A stretch of 38,909 nt of DNA, from assembly GCA_017473445.1 (NCBI GenBank), contig JAFUKS010000140.1, positions 1 to 38,909 on the forward strand, in the 5' to 3' direction. The notes under the pieces were generated by a model. It was not told the DNA's origin and did no database searches. It saw nothing but the letters and a program-made list of their open reading frames with translations. The stretch comes from Lachnospiraceae bacterium (GTDB lineage: Bacteria > Bacillota > Clostridia > Lachnospirales > Lachnospiraceae). Positions 20,121 to 29,344 of this stretch are shown in pieces. Numbering within the stretch: position 1 is the stretch's first letter; every line of letters begins with the position of its first letter. The translations under genes were made by a program, and so were the position numbers.

Positions 20121-20190
20121 AGCATATAAAAAATGTTTTTTAATTGCAATACACATGTGCTAGTTGGTAAGATTTCGGTGCTATTTGACA
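20121..20190 (-). promoter_or_regulatory. Direct-repeat promoter P3 (peptide C)
   Basis: Repeats at 20157 and 20178 (period 21); TTGCAA-N17-TATGCT. Confidence 0.8.
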
Positions 20191-20214
20191 TAAATTTGCT
20201 ACTTATGCTATACT
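20185..20214 (+). promoter_or_regulatory. sigmaA promoter of the divergent kinase
   Basis: TTGACA-N18-TATACT with TGn extension. Confidence 0.75.
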
Positions 20215-20248
20215 TTTCTGGGATTAATTGATGTAAAGGGGTATTATT

Positions 20249-21529
20249 ATGAATTGGTTTCATGCTATCGCAAATTGCGTGATTTGTTTATTTCTATTCT
20301 TCACGCTAGACTTATTTCTTAACTCATTTTTTGAATGCAAATCAAAAGAGAAACAACTTCCATTTAAGCTAGGTTTAATTATTCTTTGGATAATTCTAGC
20401 TTTAACACCTTCCATCCCTTATTCGTTTATCTTTATGTTGTTATTGGATTTTCTGTATACTTTTTTTATTTTAAAAGGTAAAGCAAATATAAAATTACGC
20501 GCCCTTATAAAATATGAATTATATTACTACATCTGTTCAATCGTTACATCCCTACTACATACATTACTTACAATGGACTTGCTTATTTTCCATTCCAATG
20601 TTATTTATGTAGAATATATTAATATCCTCGGTGCCTTTTATTTATATGTTATCCTTAGCATGTACATTATCCATAAGAAACTTTCTATGTTTTCTTCCGG
20701 AAAGATATATAAACGCTATTTTTTAACTATCACTATAATATCCGTTATGCTACTTACTGCCAGCAGCATGTTGCTTGGTAGTACCCTTATTAAGCCGGAG
20801 GATTTGGTTCCGCTTATTTTCACCTTGCTTCTGGTGGTGACACTTCTGTGTATCTCCATCTATCGCAAAGTGATTACCGTATTGGAAGAGGGCACCCGGG
20901 CCAAGCTGGAAGCAGAGAAGAATGCAATGCAGCTAGATTATCAGGAGCATATTGAGGAGAACCTAAAAGCACTGTCCACACTGCGACATGATTTTAAAAA
21001 CCATTTGATTATCATTCAGGAATATGCCAGATGCGGCAATTATGAAAAGTTACAGCATTATGTTGGGGCTATTCAGGAAGAGCTTTCTCCTACCGCATTA
21101 ATCGATACTCCCTCTCACTTGATTTCTTCTCTATTAAATGCCAAGAATGAAACCTGTAAGAGAAACGGTATCAAGCTTAACTTTGAACAGTGTTTCACAA
21201 ACGTTCATGCAGATGATTTCCATATGGTAACGATTCTCAGTAATCTGATGGACAATGCCATTACTGCGGCGGCAAAATGTGAAAATGGATATATTAATTT
21301 ATCTATATCGGAAGTAAATTCCTATTTAGAGATTAGTTGTGTGAACAACCATAAAGAAGAGATTATTGAAAAGAATAATGTGTTCCAAACCACCAAGACC
21401 ACCCAAAGAGAAATTCATGGTATCGGTATTATCAGCATCCAAAAGACTGTAGATAAATTACGGGGTAAAATCAAAATTGATTATACAGAAGATACCTTTA
21501 CCGTAAATATTTTGTTACCCAATTATTAA
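20249..21529 (+). CDS. AgrC/ComD-like GHKL sensor histidine kinase
   Basis: About 6-7 TM segments, LRHDFKNHL, NLMDNAI and HGIGI motifs. Confidence 0.9.
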   Translation: MNWFHAIANCVICLFLFFTLDLFLNSFFECKSKEKQLPFKLGLIILWIILALTPSIPYSFIFMLLLDFLYTFFILKGKANIKLRALIKYELYYYICSIVTSLLHTLLTMDLLIFHSNVIYVEYINILGAFYLYVILSMYIIHKKLSMFSSGKIYKRYFLTITIISVMLLTASSMLLGSTLIKPEDLVPLIFTLLLVVTLLCISIYRKVITVLEEGTRAKLEAEKNAMQLDYQEHIEENLKALSTLRHDFKNHLIIIQEYARCGNYEKLQHYVGAIQEELSPTALIDTPSHLISSLLNAKNETCKRNGIKLNFEQCFTNVHADDFHMVTILSNLMDNAITAAAKCENGYINLSISEVNSYLEISCVNNHKEEIIEKNNVFQTTKTTQREIHGIGIISIQKTVDKLRGKIKIDYTEDTFTVNILLPNY

Positions 21530-21565
21530 AGGAAAAAGATTATTGTTTTCGATAAATAGCCGGTT

Positions 21566-21620
21566 AAAAGAGGGGACAATCCTTTCAGTCATAAAATGAC
21601 TTTGGGGATTGCCCTCTTTT
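21566..21620. terminator. Bidirectional terminator between kinase and thiC
   Basis: AAAAGAGGG...CCCTCTTTT with inner AGTCAT-AAA-ATGACT stem. Confidence 0.75.
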
Positions 21621-21625
21621 TCTCT

Positions 21626-22927
21626 TTATAAAATATCAATATATTCCCCACTCAACGCCTTATTCATGCTGCGTACCGCACAGAATTTACCACACATAGA
21701 GCAGCTTTCTTCGATTTCCGGCTTTCTTTCATCCCGGATTCTCTTAGCTGTTTCCGGGTCAATGGCACACTCCCATTGTTTTTCCCAATCAAAGGTTCTG
21801 CGGGCGTCGGCCATCCGGTCATCCATATCCCTTGCATGGGGCACATGCTTGGCAATGTCAGCCGCATGAGCTGCGATTCTGGATGCTATAATCCCCTGCT
21901 TCACATCCTCCACATTGGGCAATGCCAGATGCTCTGCGGGTGTCACGTAGCAAAGGAAGGCTGCTCCGGCAGAAGCTGCGATAGCCCCACCAATGGCCGA
22001 AGTAATATGATCATAGCCGGGAGCAATATCCGTTACCAGGGGGCCTAACACGTAGAAGGGTGCTCCCATACAAATGGTCTGCTGCATTTTCATATTGGCT
22101 GCAATCTGGTCAAGGGGCATGTGTCCGGGCCCCTCCACCATTACCTGTACATCCTTTTCCCAGGCACGTTTCGTCAACTCACCCAGACGTACCAGCTCCT
22201 CAATCTGGCATACATCACTTGCATCTGCCAGACATCCGGGACGACAGGCATCGCCCAGCGAAATGGTTACATCATATTCTCTACAAATCTCCAAAATTTC
22301 ATCGTAATATTCATAAAAGGGATTCTCCTGACCGGTCATACTCATCCAGGCAAATACCAGTGAACCCCCTCTGGATACAATATTCATTTTACGTTTATGC
22401 TGTTTTATCTGCTCTATGGTCTTGCGGGTAATACCACAATGCAAAGTCACAAAATCCACACCATCCTGTGCATGAAGCCGCACCACATCAATAAAATCCT
22501 TGGCTGTTAGGGTAGCCAGGTCACGCTGATAATGAATCACGCTGTCATATACAGGGACCGTACCAATCATAGCAGGGCATTGGCTGGTCAGTTTACGACG
22601 AAAGGGTTGGGTATTGCCATGGGAGGACAAATCCATGATGGCTTCTGCTCCCATGTTTACTGCTGCCATGACCTTTTCCATCTCCACATCATAGTCCTTG
22701 CAATCCTTGGAAACACCCAGATTTACATTGATTTTGGTGCGAAGCATGGAACCTACACCATTGGGCTCCAGACATTTGTGCAGAGAATTTGCACAAATAA
22801 CCACCTGCCCCTTTGCTACCAGCTCTCGAATTTCTTCTTCGCTGCGATATTCCTTTCGGGCTACTATTTTCATTTCCTTCGTAATAATTCCTTTTTTGGC
22901 AGCCTCCATTTGTGTATGATATTTCAT
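21626..22927 (-). CDS. thiC: Phosphomethylpyrimidine synthase ThiC
   Basis: [47 protein letters not shown]. Confidence 0.98.
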   Translation of the reverse strand: MKYHTQMEAAKKGIITKEMKIVARKEYRSEEEIRELVAKGQVVICANSLHKCLEPNGVGSMLRTKINVNLGVSKDCKDYDVEMEKVMAAVNMGAEAIMDLSSHGNTQPFRRKLTSQCPAMIGTVPVYDSVIHYQRDLATLTAKDFIDVVRLHAQDGVDFVTLHCGITRKTIEQIKQHKRKMNIVSRGGSLVFAWMSMTGQENPFYEYYDEILEICREYDVTISLGDACRPGCLADASDVCQIEELVRLGELTKRAWEKDVQVMVEGPGHMPLDQIAANMKMQQTICMGAPFYVLGPLVTDIAPGYDHITSAIGGAIAASAGAAFLCYVTPAEHLALPNVEDVKQGIIASRIAAHAADIAKHVPHARDMDDRMADARRTFDWEKQWECAIDPETAKRIRDERKPEIEESCSMCGKFCAVRSMNKALSGEYIDIL

Positions 22928-23733
22928 GATATAATCTCCTTTGCAAACTCACTTTCTAAATTAAATGCATGATTCATGGGACCACTTCCATGCCCCAAAT
23001 CCAGCATGGCAGACAGAGCCCCGGAAATATAGTCCTTGGCCCTTTGCACTGCCATTTCCAGCTCATAGCCTTTAGCTAAATTGGCCGCAATAGCGCTGGA
23101 TAGCGTACACCCGGTTCCGTGGGTATTGGGGTTATCTATCCGTTTTCCCTGAAACCAGCAATGTGCCCCCCGGTTATAAAGCAGGTCATTGGCATCATGG
23201 ATGCTGTGACCTCCCTTTAATAAAACCGCGCAATTATAGGTATCTCCAAGGATTCCGGCTACCTCAAGCATATCCGCAGCATTTTGAATCCTTCTGCCGG
23301 AAAGTAGCTCTGCCTCCGGGATATTGGGCGTGACCACAGTAGCCAAAGGCAGTAGCTCCTGTACCAGCGTCCGGACTGCTTCCTGCTGTATCAATCCGGC
23401 ACCACTGGTCGCCACCATTACCGGATCCACCACAATATTTTGGGCTTTATAATGCGTCAGCTGCCGGACAATGGTATGAATCAGTGCCGACGAGGACACC
23501 ATTCCTATTTTTACTGCATCCGGGAAAATATCCTCCAAAACCGTTACCAGCTGCTGCTCCAAAAAATCCGGTGTCACCTCCAGAATCCCCGTAACACCCA
23601 AGGTATTTTGTGCAGTCAGAGCGGTAATGACACTCATGGCATAGACTCCATTCATGGTCATGGTCTTAATATCCGCCTGAATGCCTGCACCACCGCTACA
23701 ATCACTACCTGCAATGGATAATGCTGTTTTCAT
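22924..23733 (-). CDS. thiD: HMP/HMP-P kinase ThiD
   Basis: [36 protein letters not shown]; start at MKTALS behind AAAGGAG. Confidence 0.96.
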   Translation of the reverse strand: MKTALSIAGSDCSGGAGIQADIKTMTMNGVYAMSVITALTAQNTLGVTGILEVTPDFLEQQLVTVLEDIFPDAVKIGMVSSSALIHTIVRQLTHYKAQNIVVDPVMVATSGAGLIQQEAVRTLVQELLPLATVVTPNIPEAELLSGRRIQNAADMLEVAGILGDTYNCAVLLKGGHSIHDANDLLYNRGAHCWFQGKRIDNPNTHGTGCTLSSAIAANLAKGYELEMAVQRAKDYISGALSAMLDLGHGSGPMNHAFNLESEFAKEIIS

Positions 23734-23754
23734 ACTGCAACTCCTTTCTGCCAA

Positions 23755-24396
23755 TCATACGCCTACCACCCGCCGCGCTATTTCTTTTAAGCGTAGGGTG
23801 TCCTCCCGTATATTCTCCGCTCCAAAAATAGCGGACACTACTGCAATGCCCGCCATACCGCCTCCCTGCAATTCTGCTGCATTTTGCAGGCTGATTCCGC
23901 CAATGGCTACAGCAGGAATGGATACGGAGGCACAAATCTCCTTGAACTGCTCCCCGGTAATACGAATGGCATTGGTTTTGGTCGGAGAGGGAAATACCGC
24001 TCCCACTCCCAGATAATCCGCTCCGGCCACTTGCGCGGCCCGAGCCTGTTCTACAGTTTTGGCTGTGGCTCCGATGATAAAATCTGTGCCAACTCTTCTG
24101 CGAATCTCTGCCACAGACGCATCCTGGGCTCCCACATGGACACCATCTGCACCACTCTCCAGTGCCACCTCCACATTATCATTGATAATCAGAGGCACCT
24201 GATAACGGTGGCACAGCTCTCTCAATTGGATGGCCTCTGCTAAAAATTCCTCCCGGGGCAGATGCTTTTCTCTCAGCTGTACTATGGTGACACCTCCCTT
24301 TAAAGCATCCTCTACCTGCTCATATAATGTCTGCCTGCCCACCCAGCTGCGATCGGTTACGGCATATAATAGTAGCATGTCCTTGCTAAATTTCAT
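23755..24396 (-). CDS. thiE: Thiamine-phosphate synthase ThiE
   Basis: LYAVTD, VQLREK, IINDN, GVHVG, FPSPTK, AIGGI. Start uncertain (24396 or 24405). Confidence 0.93.
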   Translation of the reverse strand: MKFSKDMLLLYAVTDRSWVGRQTLYEQVEDALKGGVTIVQLREKHLPREEFLAEAIQLRELCHRYQVPLIINDNVEVALESGADGVHVGAQDASVAEIRRRVGTDFIIGATAKTVEQARAAQVAGADYLGVGAVFPSPTKTNAIRITGEQFKEICASVSIPAVAIGGISLQNAAELQGGGMAGIAVVSAIFGAENIREDTLRLKEIARRVVGV

Positions 24397-25000
24397 TTTT
24401 ATCACTTACTCCTTTGAAAGCCATCAGATATTCCTTGGGATGATCACATTCCATGACACTGCTCATGAGGCAGGCACCCTTGGCACCGGCACTCCTTACC
24501 TGGGCGATATTTTCGGCCCGGATACCTCCAATGGCATACACCGGAATGGATACGCTCTCACACATCTTTTCCAGAAAATTGATTCCCCGCCCGGGCAAAT
24601 CCTTTTTACAGTCTGTAGCAAAAATATGCCCCGCAATGATATAAGTGCACCCCAGCTTTTCAGCTTCCAGTGCTTCCTCCACACTATGGCAGGAGGCTCC
24701 CAAGTGAGTAAACCTGCTCCTTTCATCCGCAGAAAGCCGCCGCAAAACAGGCAACGGCAAATGCAGGGCCTGACAGCCCAGCTCCTGTGCCACCTCCTGA
24801 AAATTATGTAAGATACAGGTCACTTGGTGGTCCCGACAGATCTTCCATACCTCTTTTGCCAGTGCCTTATATGCCTCCGGCGACAAATCCTTTTCTCTCA
24901 GAACAATACCTGCCGGACCTGCGGCGGCGATTTCTCCCAGGCGTTGCAAAAAATCCCCCTTGCAAAGCCTCCTGTTGGTTACACATAAAATATCATACAT
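24386..25000 (-). CDS. ThiE paralogue / TenI-like thiazole tautomerase
   Basis: LREKDL, GASCHS.EE, GHIFATDCK, YAIGGI; translationally coupled to thiH. Confidence 0.8.
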   Translation of the reverse strand: MYDILCVTNRRLCKGDFLQRLGEIAAAGPAGIVLREKDLSPEAYKALAKEVWKICRDHQVTCILHNFQEVAQELGCQALHLPLPVLRRLSADERSRFTHLGASCHSVEEALEAEKLGCTYIIAGHIFATDCKKDLPGRGINFLEKMCESVSIPVYAIGGIRAENIAQVRSAGAKGACLMSSVMECDHPKEYLMAFKGVSDKNEI

Positions 25001-26246
25001 ACAGATAATCATTCAGAACCGGCTGCAGGCCTTCTGATGCAATATCCTGATACATCACACCCAAACTACGGTCATCCTCTATTTCAAACTGCCCGTCACC
25101 CTGCGCACCCTCTGTCTCCTTTCCAGTGTATTTGCTTTCATGGTCGCCGATACCGGTGGATACTCCGGCAGATACCTTGGTAGCCGCAATTTTCACGATT
25201 CCATTACGGAACCGGGCACTTTCCCTGGAGGATACCGTGATTCCCACATAAGGCAGGAAAATACGATAGGCACAGATAATTTGGCACAACTGCTTCTCAT
25301 GCACATCCAAGGGATTGATTTTATCGTTATTTACAATAGGGCGTAGTCTGGGACAGGACAGGGACATCTCCGCATGGGGATATTTTCTCTGCAAATAGTA
25401 CACATGCAGGGCGCTGGCCAGTGCATCCTTACGGAAATCCGATAATCCCAGCAAGGCAGAAAAGGCTACCCCACGCATGCCTCCCCGAAGAGCTCTCTCC
25501 TGAGCATCAAAGCGATAGGGCCATACTCTCTTATGCCCCGACAAATGCAGGGTTTCATATTTATCTGTATCATAGGTTTCCTGAAATACAGTCACATAAT
25601 CTGCACCACATTCATGAAGAAACCGGTATTCTTCTGTATTTACGGGATAGATTTCCAGCCCTACCATACGAAAATATTTCCGTGCCAGCTTACAGGCTTC
25701 TCCGATGTAGTTCACATCACTCTGCCCCCGGCTCTCACCGGTGAGAATCAAAATTTCTTCCATACCACTTGCTGCAATTACCTGCATCTCGTGCTCCACC
25801 TGCTCCAATGTCAGCTTCATACGCTTGATATGGTTGTAGCAATTAAACCCACAATAAACACAATAGTTTTCACAATAATTTGCTATGTAAAGGGGCGTAA
25901 ACAGATAAACCGTATTGCCAAAGTGCTTGCCGGTTTCCAATCCGGCCCGTTGTGCCATTTCCTCCACAAAGGGCTCTGCCGCAGGGGACAACAAGGCTTT
26001 AAAATCCTCCATGGTACAGGTCTCATGGTCCAACGCCGCCCTTACATCCCGGGCAGTATACTTATCATAATCATAGGAGTGCATCTGCTCCATTACCTTC
26101 CGGCACACATCAGATTCTATCTGCTCCATCCCCGGTAGATATTCCATATGATTTGTTCTGGAGGCAGGGTCCGTTTCCAACCGGTGCTTTCGTTCCAATG
26201 CCTCGGGTGAGAGATGCTCCGAATCCACAAAAAATTGATTTTCCAT
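24993..26246 (-). CDS. thiH: 2-iminoacetate synthase ThiH (radical SAM)
   Basis: PLYIANYCENYCVYCGF (CxxxCxxC), FQETY, GQFEI.D.RS. Confidence 0.95.
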   Translation of the reverse strand: MENQFFVDSEHLSPEALERKHRLETDPASRTNHMEYLPGMEQIESDVCRKVMEQMHSYDYDKYTARDVRAALDHETCTMEDFKALLSPAAEPFVEEMAQRAGLETGKHFGNTVYLFTPLYIANYCENYCVYCGFNCYNHIKRMKLTLEQVEHEMQVIAASGMEEILILTGESRGQSDVNYIGEACKLARKYFRMVGLEIYPVNTEEYRFLHECGADYVTVFQETYDTDKYETLHLSGHKRVWPYRFDAQERALRGGMRGVAFSALLGLSDFRKDALASALHVYYLQRKYPHAEMSLSCPRLRPIVNNDKINPLDVHEKQLCQIICAYRIFLPYVGITVSSRESARFRNGIVKIAATKVSAGVSTGIGDHESKYTGKETEGAQGDGQFEIEDDRSLGVMYQDIASEGLQPVLNDYLYV

Positions 26247-26258
26247 ATCCTTTACTCC

Positions 26259-27029
26259 TTAGTCCCTTAAAAATCCGGTAAGTGGGTCAGAGGCAGAAGC
26301 CCCACGGGTCAACACTCTGCCCAATCCTGCCAAATATGCTTTACGGCCTGCTGCAATGGCCTGGCGGAAAGCCGATGCCATGGCGGGCAGGTCCCCGGCT
26401 GTGGCCAACGCCGTATTTGCCATGATGGCTGCTGCTCCCATCTCCATGGCCTCACAGGCCTGAGAGGGACGTCCGATTCCAGCGTCTACAATGATAGGCA
26501 GATCGATTTCATCGATGAGTATCTGTATGAAATCCTTGGTAGCCAGCCCTTTATTGGAACCAATAGGGGATGCCAGGGGCATAATGGAAGCAGCCCCGGC
26601 ATTTACCAAATCCCGTGCTACATTCAAATCCGGATACATATAGGGCATAACCACAAATCCTTCCTTGGCCAAAATCTCTGTGGCTTTAATCGTTTCCTGA
26701 TTATCAGGCAACAGATACTTGGAATCTCTCATGATTTCCACCTTTACAAAATTACCACAGCCCAATTCTCTGGCCAATCTGGCAATACGTACCGCCTCCT
26801 GTGCGTCTCTGGCACCGCTGGTATTGGGTAACAGTGTCACTCCTTCGGGAATAAAATCCAGGATATTTTCCTGGTCCGCAGTATTAGCTCTCCGCACTGC
26901 CAGTGTAATCATCTCTGCACCTGCATCCTTTATGGCTGCCTCAATGAGTCTCAGAGAATACTTGCCCGAGCCCAAAATAAATCTGGAGTGAAACTCCTTA
27001 CCACCAATTAACAAAGTATCATTTTTCAT
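26259..27029 (-). CDS. thiG: Thiazole synthase ThiG
   Basis: [36 protein letters not shown]. Confidence 0.97.
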   Translation of the reverse strand: MKNDTLLIGGKEFHSRFILGSGKYSLRLIEAAIKDAGAEMITLAVRRANTADQENILDFIPEGVTLLPNTSGARDAQEAVRIARLARELGCGNFVKVEIMRDSKYLLPDNQETIKATEILAKEGFVVMPYMYPDLNVARDLVNAGAASIMPLASPIGSNKGLATKDFIQILIDEIDLPIIVDAGIGRPSQACEAMEMGAAAIMANTALATAGDLPAMASAFRQAIAAGRKAYLAGLGRVLTRGASASDPLTGFLRD

Positions 27030-27054
27030 TTTTCTCCTCCTATCAACTTACCAT

Positions 27055-27690
27055 TTATACTTCATATTCCTTTGCCAAAATCCGCAAAGCCGTATGGGCC
27101 TGATGAGCGGCACAAAGCATTACCCGGGGTGCCACCAATCCCATCCCCTCCGACACGTCACTGGTTCCGTCCCCACAAAGGTAAAAACGCTCCGTAATGC
27201 GGCGGGTTTGGATGGCATTGACACTCCCCATCCCTGCCATACCGGAGGCCGCTATGAGATATTTCCCGGGTAGCTTCTCCAGCACCCGGTTGGTAAGCAT
27301 TGCTTTTGCCTCCGGTTCATCCAAAGCTTCACAGATAATATCCGCCCGTTGCAGCAGCTCCTCCACATTTTCTTCTGTTATGCGTATACAATGCAGTTCC
27401 AATTCCAAATAGGGAGCCATTTCCAGTAGATTTTCTGCCAATGCTTCGGTTTTACAGCGGCCGATCTGCGTCACCTTGTATTGCTGCCGATGCAGATTGG
27501 TAATATCCACTTGGTCAAAATCTATGAGAATCAATCGCCCGATTCCTGCTCTGGCCAGGGCTGTGGCAATATGGGAACCCAGCCCACCCAGTCCGCAAAT
27601 AGCTACCGTTGCAGCAGTAAACCGTTCCTGTAATTCTCTTCCGTGTCGTTGCTGTAAAGCCTCCAACAATGCATTCTGTTCCGGCACCAT
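27055..27690 (-). CDS. thiF: ThiS adenylyltransferase ThiF (short form)
   Basis: GLGGLGS, DFD.V..TNLHRQ, FYLCGD, APRV..CAAHQA. Confidence 0.92.
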   Translation of the reverse strand: MVPEQNALLEALQQRHGRELQERFTAATVAICGLGGLGSHIATALARAGIGRLILIDFDQVDITNLHRQQYKVTQIGRCKTEALAENLLEMAPYLELELHCIRITEENVEELLQRADIICEALDEPEAKAMLTNRVLEKLPGKYLIAASGMAGMGSVNAIQTRRITERFYLCGDGTSDVSEGMGLVAPRVMLCAAHQAHTALRILAKEYEV

Positions 27691-27691
27691 T

Positions 27692-27886
27692 TCAACCACC
27701 TCCCACAAAACTGACTACTTCTATCACATCACCCTCTGCAAGTATGGTTTCCTCATACTGCGTCCTGGGAATGATATCCCCATTTCGCTCCACTGCAATG
27801 CGCTTGCAGTCATAATTGGTAGTTGCCAGATATGCCGACAGTGTTTTACCGGCAATATCCACATTCTTTCCATTGACTTTTACCAT
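27692..27886 (-). CDS. thiS: Sulfur carrier ThiS
   Basis: MVKVNG...IAVERNG...EVVSFVGGG with C-terminal GG; AGGAGG RBS. Confidence 0.96.
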   Translation of the reverse strand: MVKVNGKNVDIAGKTLSAYLATTNYDCKRIAVERNGDIIPRTQYEETILAEGDVIEVVSFVGGG

Positions 27887-27964
27887 ATAGCTACCTCCTA
27901 ACTTATAATTTATGGCGTTGAGATACACTCTGCCTCATCTGTATAGATTAGCAGTCTCCGCAAC

Positions 27965-27996
27965 AAAAAAAGGAAGCCACCAAGTGGGTGACTTCC
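27965..27996 (-). terminator. Riboswitch expression-platform terminator
   Basis: GGAAGTCACC-CACTT-GGTGGCTTCC followed by a U-run. Confidence 0.85.
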
Positions 27997-28016
27997 CGTA
28001 AAATACAAATATTCTC

Positions 28017-28105
28017 TCAGGCATCCCTACGTTGGCATTATCCAAATCAGGTTATCGGTCGAAGGTCATACCTTCCTCTCAGCCTGTCATACAAGCTCCC
28101 GTCTG
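28017..28105 (-). ncRNA. TPP riboswitch aptamer
   Basis: Minus strand GGGAGC...GGCTGAGAG...ACCTGAT.TGGATAATGCCAACGTAGGGA upstream of the thi operon. Confidence 0.96.
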
Positions 28106-28121
28106 TATTATTTAGTTTTGA

Positions 28122-29321
28122 TTAATCTACGATATTAGGGTCCTCAGCAGGTGCTACGGAATTGCGGCTCATGGTCAGCAGCTTATCGCGCATCTCAGTC
28201 TCAATTCTCTGCAACTCTACCTCAGCAGCAGCACGCTTGGTTCTGCCATCCTCCTGAATCTTCATTACCTCATCAAAGGTGCTGATCAGCATCTGATTGG
28301 TATTGGTCAAGGTCTCGATATCAATAATTCCTCTCTCTGCTTCCTTAGCGGTCTCAATGGTTGCCATTTTCAGAGCCTCCGCATTCTTCTTTAATAAGGT
28401 ATTGGTCATATCGGTTACTTCACGCTGAGCCTTTGCAGCATCCGTGGAATTCTTTAATCCGATAGCAATTACCATCTGGCTCTTCCACAGAGGAATGGTA
28501 TTTACCAATGTGGACTGAATCTTCTCAGACATGGCCATATTGTTGTTCTGAATCAGACGAATCTGGGGTGCCATCTGTAATGCTACGGTTCTGGTCAGCT
28601 CCAGGTCATAAATCTTCTTCTCGAATCTGTCAATCTGTGCTGCAAAGTCCTTAGCTGCCTGGGTATCCTCAGGAAGTCCGCTTTGCTCTGCCTTTTTCAC
28701 CAATTCAGGCAATTCTGTATTTTTTGCCTCTTCCAGCTTTTTCTTGCCCGCAAGGATGTACATGGTCAGCTCTCTGAAGTAATTCAGATTTAAATCGTAC
28801 ATCTTATCCAATACTGCAATGTCCTTCAGCAGGGTAATCTGATGCTTCTCCATTGCCCCCACGATTCGGTCAATATTAGCATCCGCCTTGTCGTACTTTG
28901 CCTTCATTACCTCCAGCTTGTTGGCACTCTTTTTGAATAAACCAAAGAAGCCCTTGGTCTCCTCTTCGTCCTCAAATGCTTTCAGCTCAGAAATAACACC
29001 GGTCAGCAGTTCACCTACTTCTCCCATGTCCTTGGTACGCACATTGGTCAATGCAGTCTCGGAAAATTCTGCAATCTTCTTCTGGCTGCCTGCACCGTAC
29101 TGAATCACCTGATGGGTATTTTTCAAGTCAATCTGAGTAGCAAAATCATCCACCATCTTCTGCTCCTCGGGAGTCAGCTGTACCAGCTGGGGTGCTGCTA
29201 CATCTTCCTTTTTCTCTACCAGTACCACTTCCTCATTGGTTGCCACAGTGGGTTCCAGAGTCAATACCGGAGTAGGTGCTTCCTTCAATAATTCATCCAA
29301 ATTGTTTGTTGTAGTATCCAT
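28122..29321 (-). CDS. telA: Toxic anion resistance protein (TelA/YaaN)
   Basis: QYGAGSQ, KGFFGLF, DLELTR.VA.QMAPQIRLIQ, NTIPLWK, ERGIIDIETL. Confidence 0.9.
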   Translation of the reverse strand: MDTTTNNLDELLKEAPTPVLTLEPTVATNEEVVLVEKKEDVAAPQLVQLTPEEQKMVDDFATQIDLKNTHQVIQYGAGSQKKIAEFSETALTNVRTKDMGEVGELLTGVISELKAFEDEEETKGFFGLFKKSANKLEVMKAKYDKADANIDRIVGAMEKHQITLLKDIAVLDKMYDLNLNYFRELTMYILAGKKKLEEAKNTELPELVKKAEQSGLPEDTQAAKDFAAQIDRFEKKIYDLELTRTVALQMAPQIRLIQNNNMAMSEKIQSTLVNTIPLWKSQMVIAIGLKNSTDAAKAQREVTDMTNTLLKKNAEALKMATIETAKEAERGIIDIETLTNTNQMLISTFDEVMKIQEDGRTKRAAAEVELQRIETEMRDKLLTMSRNSVAPAEDPNIVD

Positions 29322-29344
29322 TTGTAACCTCCCTATATATTATT

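Noticed and set aside
20087-20263. 112-aa version of the peptide C ORF
   Set aside because: The extension overlaps two promoters and the kinase start; RBS and promoter P3 point to 20086.
12237-21529. Lanthipeptide/sactipeptide cluster or bounded mobile island
   Set aside because: No LanM/LanBC/radical-SAM maturase (ThiH belongs to the thi operon), and no integrase or att repeats were seen.
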